Origin: Promethearchaeota archaeon
GTDB lineage: Archaea > Asgardarchaeota > Lokiarchaeia > Sigyniarchaeales > SOKP01
DNA: 64,000 bases
Assembly (NCBI GenBank): GCA_019057795.1
Contig: JAHLWS010000082.1
Coordinates: forward strand, 125,716 to 189,715
Direction of reading: 5' to 3'
Numbering within the stretch: the stretch's first letter is position 1; the number at the start of each line of letters is the position of its first letter. The position numbers and the translations under genes were made by a program. The notes under the pieces were generated by a model. The model did no database searches and had not been told where the DNA came from. It was given only the letters and a program-made list of their open reading frames with translations. Shown in pieces: positions 19,836 to 31,002 of the stretch.

Positions 19836-22800
19836 ATGTCCAAAATTTATTCATCATTAAAAAACTCACGAGATCGTTTAAGAGCGAGTATTACAATAAA
19901 ATCATATAATGTTTTATTTTTCTCCGCATTGTTTTTAGTTTTATTTTTATCTATTCTCATAAGGTTATCTCCAATTGCATCGGGGAATTACTTAATTAAA
20001 GCTTTTGACCCGTGGATACAATATTACAACGCCGAATACCTATCAACACACTCTGTTTTCGAATATTTTAATTGGATTGATTATAAAAGTTGGTATCCAG
20101 AGGGATACGCTCGTGGAAATCTTAGACCTGGGTTAACATTCACTGTAGTAACTATATTTCAAATAATTAATTCAATTGGGATTCCAATATCCCTTTATGA
20201 TGTTTGTTTCTATTTTCCCGCTTTTATGGGCGGAGCTTCTGTTTTAGCGATCTACCTCTTGGGAAAAGAAGTGCTAGACCGAAGATGTGGGCTAGTGGCT
20301 GCGTTCTTCTTGGCGTTTAATCCGGGGTTTATGCAACGAACAATGGCGGGTTTTTTTGATAATGAAACAATTGGTGTATTTGCAACTCTCATGACATTAT
20401 ATTTCTTTGTTAAAACTTTACGAACAGGTAAAATCCTCGATTCCTTTTTGGGTGGTTTATTTTTAGGATATTTAGCCTTGAGTTGGGGTGGATATAATTT
20501 TGTATATTTAATTCTACCCCTGGTATGTGGTATTTTAGTCTTACTCAAAAAGTACGACTCAAATGTCTTAATAGCGTATGCAGGAATCGAAGGTGTAGGA
20601 ATATTAGTTTTTTCATATGGTTCTACTTTCAACTATGCTAGCTTTTTCAATAGTTTGGAACTATTTGGAATTTTTCTTTTTACAATATTACTAATCATTT
20701 TTCATATGATTCATATAAAGAAAGGTGATTATCCTCGATTATATAACGGCTTATTAGACTTAATAAAATGGGGCTTAATACCGCTTGTTGTAGTAGGAGG
20801 CATAATTATATGGGTGGCACCTGATTTACTTCCATTTGGATTTGGGAATAGATTAATGAGCGTTATAAATCCTTTGGTTCGAGATGGTTTGAATCTTGTT
20901 TCGTCTGTAGCCGAACACATGCCAAGTTCTTGGAGCGTATTCTACTATAATACTTTAATCCCCCTAATGCTTTTACCCCTTGGGTTGTTCTTCTTGTTCA
21001 AAAGAGGTAACTCTGCGGATTTTTTATTAATAACTTTTATGATTTTGCTCTTTTACTTTACCGGTAGTATGATACGAATAATATTATTGTTTGCTCCTGC
21101 TGCATGTTTGGTAGGTGCCTACGGATTAGTTAGCGTTTTGAAAATTTTTGGCAGTTTTTTTGGAGAAAAAAGAATGGGAATCAGTAGGAAACGAAAACGC
21201 CAAGTTAAAAGAATGGTAGGGAAATCTGAAATTGGCGCGGTTTACTTTATTGTTGGAATAATGTTATTCGTCCAAGTAATCCATGCCTCTAATATGGCTA
21301 CTCTTACACTGTCACAAAGTCAAATTGCACCAGGAGATTTTCATGATTGGGAAGAAACGCTAACCTGGATGAAAACAAACCTTCCTGGAACGAGCGTTGT
21401 CGTGTCGTGGTGGGACTACGGTTATTGGATCACTCCAATAGGAAACATGACTACGGTTAACGATAATGGAACAATTAATGGAACACGAATAGGTATGACG
21501 GGAATGGCACTAATGCAAACAAACGAGATATATAGCGCCAAAGTTTTTAAAGCACTAAAAGCAGATTATGTCTTAGTCTATTTTGGAATGCTCTATCCGA
21601 ATTTAGGCGGTGATGAAGGTAAATGGCCGTGGATGGTAAGGATTTGTAACGATCACTACGAAACCTATAAAAATTATGGCATGGAGGAGGATAATTGGGC
21701 TCCAAATTCTGTGTTTGTTGAAAGCGAATATTTTAACGATACTCTTTCGAAGCCAACAGCAAAATGGTTCGATAGTACACTAGTAAAATTAATGTTTTCT
21801 GGAATTGAAACTGACCCCCCACCAGACCCAAGAAACCCCCGAACCTTTGAGGAGGTTTATCGTCGCGAGATTAACTCGAGAACAGATGACGAAGGGAACC
21901 TATATGTTACTCACATACCAGAAGATGGAGAATACAATTTTGGAGTATTTAGAGAATTATATTTCTCTACAAACGGGATGGTTAAATTATTTAGTCTTGA
22001 TTATACTGCTTTGGATTCAAGTTTTCAAATAGAAAACCCCGAAGTATTCGATACCGGTTATGCAACTTTCAAGATAAAAAACACAGGATCGAAAGATTTA
22101 ACTATTTCCGATGTCAGAATAAATAATATGAGTTATGATTTCGATTTGGGTAAAGGTAGTAGTACACATATACTAAATGCCCTCGAAAATGACTTGGTTT
22201 GGGTTGATATAAAAACAAGCAATCAATCCTTTCAAATTAACGATGTCGTAAAAATTACAGTAGAAGCTGAATCAGTAGCCTTGGATGATAAACCTTATAT
22301 CTTTACAAATAGTACGAACAATTTCTTTGTTGAAGAAGCTAGGGAAGGAGACATAAAAATTAATAAACCTAATAGTAAAGTTGTCCAAATCAATGCGACT
22401 AATAGTGAGATATATCTCGAAGTTGAGAATACTGGAGATGCAACCGTGATCTTGAAAGATTTTTATGTAGATAACGAAAATAATACCTTTGTAGATAAGC
22501 ATTATATATCTGGTTCCCCTATATTAGAACCTGGCCAAAAAGCTTATGTCAAAATAACAAATTCAACAGTTCAGTTTTATCCGTTCAACGGAACTGAACA
22601 TAAAATAGGTGTTATTACTCCAAATAACATCAAAGATGAGCTATTATTTACGTCGAATTATGAAGATTTCAAAATTTCAATTGTAGATGAAAGTAGAATT
22701 GCTTCACCTGAAGCCTTAATTGCTACTCACAGCGATTTTAGGAAACATATTCCAATTAATTTTGACAATACTTACGCATATACTTACGATAACGGAACTA

Positions 22801-23711
22801 CTATGGTTAATATTAAAATTAAAAACACTGGAGACATCATATTAGGACTCGAATCGATAAACATAACAAAATCTACTAATTGGACGTCTGTTGAAGATTT
22901 TATACCATTTAATTTAAACCCTGGTGAAGAGAGAAGCATAAAGGTAATTGCCTCCGATTATTTGGTGGATCTAAATGTAAATGACGAGCTCGGAATTATA
23001 ATCACAGCAAATTTTAATGGCTCTACCAAAGCTTCTGATATTGGATTTGTGCATACAATCATTGACAAACCAGATATACAAATTATCGACTATATCGAAA
23101 ATCAAACTATATCTTATATTGCCGCTAACGAGACAGGTAAAATTTTAATAAAAAACACTGGAGACGAGTCAATAACTTTAGATAAATTATATTTAAATAT
23201 CACAACTATGTTATCATTTGAGAGCGATGTAAATTTTGAATATGGAGATATATCTCTAGATGCTCAAGAATGCGCTTTAGTATCTTTTAATATTGCGGGG
23301 TTGATGTTAAATGCGTCTAATATCGTTAATGTCAATATAACAACTAACACTACTGCTCAAGTTTCCATGGATTTCTCTGCATCTGTAGATTCTTCCCTTT
23401 ACGATATAAATATTAACGATGATGGAACAACAGCATCAGATACTCAAAATGTAATAATATCAATAGAAAATAACGGGTTATTCACTGTTGAAGTATATTC
23501 AGTTTATATTAATGACACATTTATCCCATTGAATAGTTTTACTGAAAGTATATACGAAATCGGAGCGGGCAATTCAATTCAATTTACAATAAGCATGGAT
23601 GATCTCGAAAGTATAATGGAACGTACCATTGGATTAAACGACGTATTAATAATAATAGTCCGAACCAAAGAAGGAGCAGAAGATATCCACGAAGAAACTG
23701 TAACCTCTTAA
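19836..23711 (+). CDS. aglB: Oligosaccharyltransferase AglB/STT3 with long C-terminal beta-sandwich repeat extension
   Basis: AFDPW, DNE, SVAEH, WWDYG and DEGKW motifs; multiple TM segments; repeated I.NTG motifs after ~aa 730. Confidence 0.93.
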   Translation: MSKIYSSLKNSRDRLRASITIKSYNVLFFSALFLVLFLSILIRLSPIASGNYLIKAFDPWIQYYNAEYLSTHSVFEYFNWIDYKSWYPEGYARGNLRPGLTFTVVTIFQIINSIGIPISLYDVCFYFPAFMGGASVLAIYLLGKEVLDRRCGLVAAFFLAFNPGFMQRTMAGFFDNETIGVFATLMTLYFFVKTLRTGKILDSFLGGLFLGYLALSWGGYNFVYLILPLVCGILVLLKKYDSNVLIAYAGIEGVGILVFSYGSTFNYASFFNSLELFGIFLFTILLIIFHMIHIKKGDYPRLYNGLLDLIKWGLIPLVVVGGIIIWVAPDLLPFGFGNRLMSVINPLVRDGLNLVSSVAEHMPSSWSVFYYNTLIPLMLLPLGLFFLFKRGNSADFLLITFMILLFYFTGSMIRIILLFAPAACLVGAYGLVSVLKIFGSFFGEKRMGISRKRKRQVKRMVGKSEIGAVYFIVGIMLFVQVIHASNMATLTLSQSQIAPGDFHDWEETLTWMKTNLPGTSVVVSWWDYGYWITPIGNMTTVNDNGTINGTRIGMTGMALMQTNEIYSAKVFKALKADYVLVYFGMLYPNLGGDEGKWPWMVRICNDHYETYKNYGMEEDNWAPNSVFVESEYFNDTLSKPTAKWFDSTLVKLMFSGIETDPPPDPRNPRTFEEVYRREINSRTDDEGNLYVTHIPEDGEYNFGVFRELYFSTNGMVKLFSLDYTALDSSFQIENPEVFDTGYATFKIKNTGSKDLTISDVRINNMSYDFDLGKGSSTHILNALENDLVWVDIKTSNQSFQINDVVKITVEAESVALDDKPYIFTNSTNNFFVEEAREGDIKINKPNSKVVQINATNSEIYLEVENTGDATVILKDFYVDNENNTFVDKHYISGSPILEPGQKAYVKITNSTVQFYPFNGTEHKIGVITPNNIKDELLFTSNYEDFKISIVDESRIASPEALIATHSDFRKHIPINFDNTYAYTYDNGTTMVNIKIKNTGDIILGLESINITKSTNWTSVEDFIPFNLNPGEERSIKVIASDYLVDLNVNDELGIIITANFNGSTKASDIGFVHTIIDKPDIQIIDYIENQTISYIAANETGKILIKNTGDESITLDKLYLNITTMLSFESDVNFEYGDISLDAQECALVSFNIAGLMLNASNIVNVNITTNTTAQVSMDFSASVDSSLYDININDDGTTASDTQNVIISIENNGLFTVEVYSVYINDTFIPLNSFTESIYEIGAGNSIQFTISMDDLESIMERTIGLNDVLIIIVRTKEGAEDIHEETVTS

Positions 23712-23766
23712 TTTTTTTTTATTTATTTTTTAGAAAAAATCATAAGTTATGTTTGATTAAAAAATC

Positions 23767-23785
23767 TATAGACCTATCGTCTATA
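23767..23785. promoter_or_regulatory. Inverted repeat TATAGAC-N5-GTCTATA upstream of uvrB, possible operator
   Basis: Seen in sequence ~50 bp upstream of the uvrB start. Confidence 0.3.
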
Positions 23786-23835
23786 AATTGGATTCAACTT
23801 CATCTTAATTAACTTCAAAATTTGGCGCTTAACTT

Positions 23836-25830
23836 ATGATTGCTAAGTTCAAAATTGTTTCTAGCTTTGAACCTTCCGGGGACCAACCAGAAGCAATCAA
23901 GTCCCTTGCTGGCAATATAAAAAGCGGAAAAAAGTTTCAAACTCTTTTAGGTGCGACAGGTACTGGCAAAACATTTTCTATTGCACAAGTCATACAAAAA
24001 ATCCAAAAACCTACGTTAGTAATGGCACCTAACAAAACATTGGCTGCGCAGTTGTATAATGAACTAAAAGAATTATTCCCCCATAATACCGTCCATTATT
24101 TTGTTTCATATTACGATTACTACCAACCAGAAGCATATCTTCCGGTAACAGGGATGTACATTGAGAAAGATTTTAGCGTAAATGAAGAGATTGAAAGGTT
24201 AAGATTAGCTGCTACACACGCAATTAGGACCCGAAATGATGTCATAATAGTCGCAACGGTTTCTTGCATTTATGGAATTGGAGATCCCAAAGTTTGGACG
24301 GCCATCTCTATAAACCTTGAAGTTGGTCAAAGTATTAAGAGAAAAGACATCATCAAGAGATTAATATTAATGAATTATGAGAGAAAAGATATCGAATTTA
24401 AACCAGGGGTCATAAGAGTTAGAGGAGACATAATAGATATCTTTCCAGCTTATTTAGATACTGCTATTCGTATATCCTTATTTGGAGATGAAATCGAATC
24501 TATTCAAGAAATTCATCATGTTTCAAATAATATAATAAAAAATTTATCTAATTGCAGAATTTTTCCCGCAACTCATTTTATTATACCAGAAGAAAATAAA
24601 GCAAAAGCCTTGGTTTCAATAGAGGAAGAATTAGAAATCCAAATAGCAAAATTCATGAAGGAAAAAAAATACGCTGAAGCGCAACGCATTGAGAAAAGAG
24701 GAAAATTTGATCTCGAAATGATGAGGGAAATGGGATGGTGTAAGGGAGTAGAAAACTACTCTAGGCACTTAGATGGAAGACCTCCCGGTAGTCCCCCTAT
24801 GTGTTTAATCGATTACTTTCCAGAAGACTTTTTAATCGTTGTTGATGAGAGTCATATCACGATTCCGCAAATTCATGGAATGATAGGTGGAGATAGATCG
24901 AGAAAAAAGAATCTTGTGGACTTTGGGTGGAGATTACCATCGGCATATGATAACAGACCTTTAGAATTCGAAGAATGGGAATCAAAGATAAAGTATATAA
25001 TTTTTATGAGTGCAACTCCTGGAAATTGGGAGTTAGAAAAGAGTAGTGGCATTTCCGCAGAACAAATAATTAGACCGACTGGATTAGTTGATCCTGATGT
25101 GGAGATTCGTCCTGCAAAAAATCAGATTGATGATCTCCTAGACGAAATTCGAAAGGTGATTAAAAACAAAGGGAGAATTTTAGTAACAACTCTTACAAAA
25201 CGAATGTCAGAAGATATAGCAGAATATTACGCTGAACTTGGTTTAAAGATTGCTTACTTACATTCTGAAGTAGGTACAGTAGAAAGATTTGAAATATTAA
25301 GATCTCTTAGGGATGGTACTTATGATATTATAGTTGGGATTAATCTCCTAAGAGAAGGATTAGATTTGCCTGAAGTACAACTAGTTGCTATTTTAGATGC
25401 AGATAAATTAGGGTTTCTGAGAGATACAAGATCGCTAATTCAAACTATTGGAAGAGCTTCGCGAAACATAGATGGAAGAGCAATTTTATACGCAGGGAAA
25501 ATTACCTCCGCGATGAAGGCGGCAATAGACGAAACTAACAGAAGAAGAAAGAAACAAGTAGATTATAACAAAAAAAATAATATTACGCCTCAAACGATAA
25601 GGAAAAGCATTTTAAATTCACTTTCAGAAGAGAAGGAATTCAAGGAGAAAGAAAAAACCAAATTAAAGAGAAAGATTAAGGATAAGATTGAAGAGTTAGA
25701 AAAAGAAGGAGACAAAGATTTGATTATTCATTATCTTGAAAACAAAATGTTCTTGGCAGCTAAAGAACTTAGGTTTGAAGATGCTGCTTACTTAAGAGAT
25801 AAAATAAAGGCAATAAAGGAAGATTATTAA
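23836..25830 (+). CDS. uvrB: Excinuclease ABC subunit B
   Basis: GATGTGKT, YYDYYQPEAY, DESH, GINLLREGLDLPEV, C-terminal UVR domain FEDAAYLRD. Confidence 0.98.
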   Translation: MIAKFKIVSSFEPSGDQPEAIKSLAGNIKSGKKFQTLLGATGTGKTFSIAQVIQKIQKPTLVMAPNKTLAAQLYNELKELFPHNTVHYFVSYYDYYQPEAYLPVTGMYIEKDFSVNEEIERLRLAATHAIRTRNDVIIVATVSCIYGIGDPKVWTAISINLEVGQSIKRKDIIKRLILMNYERKDIEFKPGVIRVRGDIIDIFPAYLDTAIRISLFGDEIESIQEIHHVSNNIIKNLSNCRIFPATHFIIPEENKAKALVSIEEELEIQIAKFMKEKKYAEAQRIEKRGKFDLEMMREMGWCKGVENYSRHLDGRPPGSPPMCLIDYFPEDFLIVVDESHITIPQIHGMIGGDRSRKKNLVDFGWRLPSAYDNRPLEFEEWESKIKYIIFMSATPGNWELEKSSGISAEQIIRPTGLVDPDVEIRPAKNQIDDLLDEIRKVIKNKGRILVTTLTKRMSEDIAEYYAELGLKIAYLHSEVGTVERFEILRSLRDGTYDIIVGINLLREGLDLPEVQLVAILDADKLGFLRDTRSLIQTIGRASRNIDGRAILYAGKITSAMKAAIDETNRRRKKQVDYNKKNNITPQTIRKSILNSLSEEKEFKEKEKTKLKRKIKDKIEELEKEGDKDLIIHYLENKMFLAAKELRFEDAAYLRDKIKAIKEDY

Positions 25831-25884
25831 ATAAAAGCGTGAAATTTTTCTTTTATTATGAATTGAAGGTTAATAGGAGCAAAC

Positions 25885-26019
25885 ATGATCGTAGATTCTA
25901 TAATTATAAAAGGAGCTAGGCAAAACAACTTAAAAAACATAGATGTTGTAATTCCAAGAAATAAATTAGTAGTAATTACAGGAATTAGTGGAAGTGGAAA
26001 ATCCGAAATAATGATTTAA
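25885..26019 (+). pseudogene. uvrA: 5' fragment of excinuclease ABC subunit A, truncated after the first Walker A
   Basis: [40 protein letters not shown] then EIMI-stop; GGAG RBS upstream; directly after uvrB. Confidence 0.9.
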
Positions 26020-26249
26020 TTACTATCCTAAGGTTTTTCAGAGACTAAAATTTCTTTAAGAGAATCAATATCTTTTTTTAATTTAAGAATATCTAAAATT
26101 TGGTTTAGCTTAGTATCTATAAACAGTTTTTTTATAGGTTGCTTATGCCTAATATATTACATTTATTATTTTAAGTTGACAAATCGCTTAGTAATGAGAT
26201 CTATAATTCCATATAATCAACTGTCATTGCGCATTGAATTAAGACTTTT

Positions 26250-27398
26250 TCACAATATGATTATGTTAATAGCGTCCAATAGAGTTTGTAAGGTTAATTT
26301 TAATGGTGGGTAAGTTTCTAAAGCTGAATTAAACAAAATATACATTTTTCTTAACGCTTCAATTTTCTTATTTTTAAGATTTAAAGATTTAACTGCAAGT
26401 AATAACTCGTCCATTTTACTCCGAATATTTAACCTATTGTCACGTAAATCCGACTCATCAATCAGTAATCTTATTTTTGACATTATGGTAGATATTTCTG
26501 AACCTGAGATATCTTTAAGTTGTTCTTCTCTTTTCGAATTTGAATACGAAGGAATTATACCTAAAACTTCTTTGATTTTTTCTAATCTATCAATATCTTC
26601 AATTAATATTTTATTATCTGGAAGGTTTCTATAAAGAACTAAAAGATTTTCTAAAGCACGATCGATTTTATCTCTCCAGTTATTTCTATATTCCTTATCA
26701 ATTTGCCTAATTATTTGATGGACCGTAAAATTTCCCTTTTTTTGAACTTCCTTTAGAATAGTTATTACTTCTTGATTAATGGATCCTCCATGATACGGGT
26801 AAAATTCTCTATCTTTTAGTATATTTAGTAGACTTATTAGTTGAGAAAAATCTCTGGGTCGGTGTGAAAAGTATAGAGGTTTATGATTATTATCAAGAGA
26901 TGTAAGATATATTTGATAGAGTAATTTTTCGAAAATAAGTCGAAATAAAAATGGTAAAAGCCGATATAAATCATCATCGTATGCACATTTATTAATTAGA
27001 TGTTTTACTCTATCAAATTCAAGAAGATTATAGTCTTTAAAATTAACTAGAATATAAATTTTCGAATTAATTTGACTAATCTTGGTTTTTTGAAGATTTC
27101 GAAACTTTGATTGAAATCCTTCGAACTTACTAATGATTGAGGGTTTTACTTTAATATATATTGGAATACCTCCCGCCATTGTCTTTCCTTGTTCTATAAT
27201 CCATTTTGATTTAAGAGAATCTAAACTAACTATAAAATCATTTTCACTGATAGAAAATTGATCTTGGAATTTTCTTTTAATATGTTCAAAAAAGGTCTTA
27301 CCATCAATTAAACTTTCAGGTTTTTCCCTATAAGATTTATACAATTCGGCTATTAAAATTTGATTTAGTTCAGTGATAGTCGGTTGTTTTGAGCTCAT
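26250..27398 (-). CDS. Hypothetical protein with HEPN-like (DUF4145-type) domain
   Basis: FRLIFEKLL ... QKKGNFTVH resembles the HEPN ExxL / RxxGNxxxH pair. Confidence 0.45.
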   Translation of the reverse strand: MSSKQPTITELNQILIAELYKSYREKPESLIDGKTFFEHIKRKFQDQFSISENDFIVSLDSLKSKWIIEQGKTMAGGIPIYIKVKPSIISKFEGFQSKFRNLQKTKISQINSKIYILVNFKDYNLLEFDRVKHLINKCAYDDDLYRLLPFLFRLIFEKLLYQIYLTSLDNNHKPLYFSHRPRDFSQLISLLNILKDREFYPYHGGSINQEVITILKEVQKKGNFTVHQIIRQIDKEYRNNWRDKIDRALENLLVLYRNLPDNKILIEDIDRLEKIKEVLGIIPSYSNSKREEQLKDISGSEISTIMSKIRLLIDESDLRDNRLNIRSKMDELLLAVKSLNLKNKKIEALRKMYILFNSALETYPPLKLTLQTLLDAINIIIL

Positions 27399-27856
27399 GA
27401 TCTATATAAAACATTTAATAATTATGAAGAATGTTTTACTTTATAATAATAATAACATCTAATAGAATGATCAATTTTATCATTATTTAAAATTAGATTT
27501 TCATCGAAAATATAAATATTGGTTAATTTTTCATAATTTCTTGTACGAATAGAGTTCTATTGATAATTGATATGTAATAAAACTTTTAGTCTTTTATGGA
27601 ACACTAATTAAATAATTAGTTATCTTATCTAAGATAAAGAAAGATAAGTTCTTCAACATCTTTCTGAATTAGGTTAACTTTAAAGCCTTATACAATGATT
27701 TTCTTGATTTTTTATTGTCTAAATGATATTAACAATTCTAAGCTAAAAAATTTATTAGATTAAAAACTAATTAATTCTACATTTCATTCTTACTATTTAT
27801 GACGAGATCATCGAGAATAATGGATAAAACAGCAAGTTAATACTATTTTTCAACAT

Positions 27857-28810
27857 TTATATCAATTCTGGTGGTAGTCCTTGTTTAATTTCCACTCTTT
27901 TTCTCATTTCACTCCTACATTCAGGAAAATCTTTTAACATTCTATATGCAATTTCAAATTCTTTATCTATGCAATAAACGAATCGATTACAATATCCCAC
28001 TAATCTTGAATTAACATATACTACATTTTGGTAATCCATTTTATTTTCAAGAGTATCAAGTAAACCAATTATATGATTTTCAATATAGGGAGTTGGCTCA
28101 ACAATATGTAAGCATAAATCAGAATTTATTGGGATGTAAAATTCAAAACCTTTGCAAAGATAACCCATTCCATTTGCTATTAAGTTATCATACTTTTTCA
28201 TTTTTTTGTAATATACATTATCCTTCAGAATTGGATGATCTGCGGTGTAAAAGGGTATATATGGATTTGATTCATTTTTTAATAGATAAATTCGATAATT
28301 AACCATTGTTGGTAAGCATTTTTCAATCAAATTTCTTGTATGAAGAATTTGGCTGTGTTCCATATACATATCACTATATTCTATTCTAAAGTCTTTTCCT
28401 TTATATTGTGGAGCTTTCCTTGGAATGATAGAATGTTGAATGACCGCTTTTGTCAAGCTTTCAGCCATTTGCTTTAATTCATTTCTTCTCTCTTTTGTCC
28501 TTAAATCTTGGGTTATGATCCACGTCATTAAATTAAATCTCTCTTCTTTACTCAACCCAACAACAGATTTATCTTCAATTATCTTATTAATTACTTTAAT
28601 TCCATTTCCTTCTATTACTGATAACCAATCTTCAAAAAATTGTGGATAAAAGTGTTTAATGACCGTAGCATTCTTTATATTTATGCGAATTGGTTTCGGA
28701 TTATTCATATTTTTATCAAATTGATATAAAAAAAAAGCATTGTTAATTTTCTTACTGAAATTTTGAAGGAATGCTCGTTGAACTGTATGATTTCTCTTTG
28801 TTTCACTCAT
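27857..28810 (-). CDS. DUF4238 domain protein
   Basis: N-terminal NHTVQRAFLQNF, FYTADHPI, FYIPINSDLCL. Confidence 0.75.
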   Translation of the reverse strand: MSETKRNHTVQRAFLQNFSKKINNAFFLYQFDKNMNNPKPIRINIKNATVIKHFYPQFFEDWLSVIEGNGIKVINKIIEDKSVVGLSKEERFNLMTWIITQDLRTKERRNELKQMAESLTKAVIQHSIIPRKAPQYKGKDFRIEYSDMYMEHSQILHTRNLIEKCLPTMVNYRIYLLKNESNPYIPFYTADHPILKDNVYYKKMKKYDNLIANGMGYLCKGFEFYIPINSDLCLHIVEPTPYIENHIIGLLDTLENKMDYQNVVYVNSRLVGYCNRFVYCIDKEFEIAYRMLKDFPECRSEMRKRVEIKQGLPPELI

Positions 28811-29487
28811 TATTTTTCGCTTCTATTTATTTACCCATTTATTGTATTGAATTATTTCCATTCAGTTTTATCTTGATTAATTGTTTAAATTATTATTATT
28901 TTAATATGATTATTATCTTGTTAATTTTTAAATAATAGCAGAGTATTGAAATATCTAATTTTATTATTATTAGTAATAATTAGGTTATTGTTATTGACTT
29001 TAGGTTTTAATATCATTATTTGTTTGATATAATATCATAAGTCACTATTTAATGCAACTGATGTTGATGATTGAGAAAATTGTGCTTTATAGAATTATTT
29101 TAAAGAGTTGCAAAATAAAATTCAAAGCTGACGAAAATTAATTTCGTCAGAAAGATCATTAAGATTTAAATAGAACATAGGTAATAACACAACTTAATAT
29201 TTAAAAAAAGTAATTTTTTATTAAAATGTAAAAAACTAATTTTCCAAATTTGGATTTTTTTCTTATATAGCTCTTGGATAAAGATTAATTATGTCTGAGT
29301 ACTTATCTAGTTGCGATTGTGAATAAACAAATCATTTCTCATAATTCCTTGAAGTTTTGATAATAAAGATTTAAAATTTTTAATAATAAGGTTAATTTAT
29401 AGATTCAATAAAACCCTTATTTTACATATATAAAATAAATAATAAATCATATTGAATAATCAGAATTTACTTATTGCGTGAAAAAAT

Positions 29488-31002
29488 ATGAAAGAATTTA
29501 TATTTTCTTTTAATTATACGGGCTATATTTCTACGGGAATTGAAAAAATTGATGAAAAAACACTTACTTTGAATGGATTTAATATATATACTCAAGATTT
29601 GGAGTATCCAAAACTATTAAATGAAATAAAAAAAAAATATGGACAAGAGATTGAAATCAATGGTTTCAAATATCTGCAAATTCAACACTCTAATATTTAT
29701 GCTCATTCTCCTACTAATCATTTACTGGTATCTTTCAGACTCAAATGGGAAACCTACACTGATGAGATGTTTGATGCGCTTCAAAACAATATGGAAACTA
29801 TTTTTAACTCGATAAAAGATTGTAATAAAAATTATTTTTTCACTACGAATTTATTTGTTGATTTTCAAATCTCATCATTCATAGAGAAATATATTACATC
29901 AGAATTAATAGACGAGGATTTAAATGTCAGTCCTACATATAGAATTCAAGGGACAGGATTTTTTATTACATTTACCTCTTTTGTTCATAAAAATTATTCT
30001 GAAATTATTAGTAAAGCCATAAAAAGTTTCATAGACAACAAATTTGTTAATCTTATGGGAACAAGAGCTTTAAATGTGAATGAAATTAAGTTACATCACC
30101 TATCAGAGGGAAATTTTAAAAAATTAGAAGGTTACATGTCTGTGGAATTATTACCTTTTCTCTCTCGACAAATTTCAAATTATAATATTAATATTGTACA
30201 TTTATTGCATACATTTAAGAGTATTTTGTTTGATATGCAAAATTCTATTCAGAATTATGAATATTTAGTCCTAATTGATTTAGAGAGATATTTTAATGAA
30301 ATCAGAAATAGTTTAGATGCAAAATTTAGATTATTTCCGAATATGGAATATGGAGATCTCTTTTTTACTGAAAATCCGACAAAACTAAATCAAGAAATTC
30401 ATTCATATAAAAAAAAATTATTTGAACTGCATAAAGTGTATTATCAAGACTTTCAATTATATCGAAATAGCTTAAAAACAGAATTAAGTAGAATAATGGA
30501 CAACATTAGATTCTTAATTGGTCAAAAGAGAGATAAAATCAAAATATATTCTAAGTCTAAACTAAAGGGTATTTTAGAAAACTTAAAGGATGAAAATGAG
30601 TTTCAAGATATAATTTATGAGGTTTTACATGATCTGGGTTTTACCGATATAAAAATAAATTGTGGCCGACGTGGACATTCAGAGTTTGGAAAGGATATTA
30701 TATTTTCACATAGAAATGTGTTTAAACATCAAGAGTGGGATGCCATAGTCGTTAAAACAGGAAAGATTGATCAACCTGAAGGAAGGGGAGAAATTCGTAA
30801 ATATATTCAAGATATAATTGATAAAGGTTCAGAAGCCTTTGATATTCCTTATGAAGATGAAAAGGGTAGAAAATTTCAAATTACACGAGTCTTTATTGCC
30901 ACTAATGATAAAATTACTGATTTTGCCAAACAATCAATAAGGGCTAAAATAGAAGGAAATATATTCTTTATTGAAAAAGACACATTATTAGATTTATGTT
31001 AG
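29488..31002 (+). CDS. Protein with C-terminal restriction endonuclease-like (Mrr-type PD-(D/E)xK) domain
   Basis: ENEFQDIIYEVLHDLGF...EFGKDIIF...AIVVK. Confidence 0.65.
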   Translation: MKEFIFSFNYTGYISTGIEKIDEKTLTLNGFNIYTQDLEYPKLLNEIKKKYGQEIEINGFKYLQIQHSNIYAHSPTNHLLVSFRLKWETYTDEMFDALQNNMETIFNSIKDCNKNYFFTTNLFVDFQISSFIEKYITSELIDEDLNVSPTYRIQGTGFFITFTSFVHKNYSEIISKAIKSFIDNKFVNLMGTRALNVNEIKLHHLSEGNFKKLEGYMSVELLPFLSRQISNYNINIVHLLHTFKSILFDMQNSIQNYEYLVLIDLERYFNEIRNSLDAKFRLFPNMEYGDLFFTENPTKLNQEIHSYKKKLFELHKVYYQDFQLYRNSLKTELSRIMDNIRFLIGQKRDKIKIYSKSKLKGILENLKDENEFQDIIYEVLHDLGFTDIKINCGRRGHSEFGKDIIFSHRNVFKHQEWDAIVVKTGKIDQPEGRGEIRKYIQDIIDKGSEAFDIPYEDEKGRKFQITRVFIATNDKITDFAKQSIRAKIEGNIFFIEKDTLLDLC

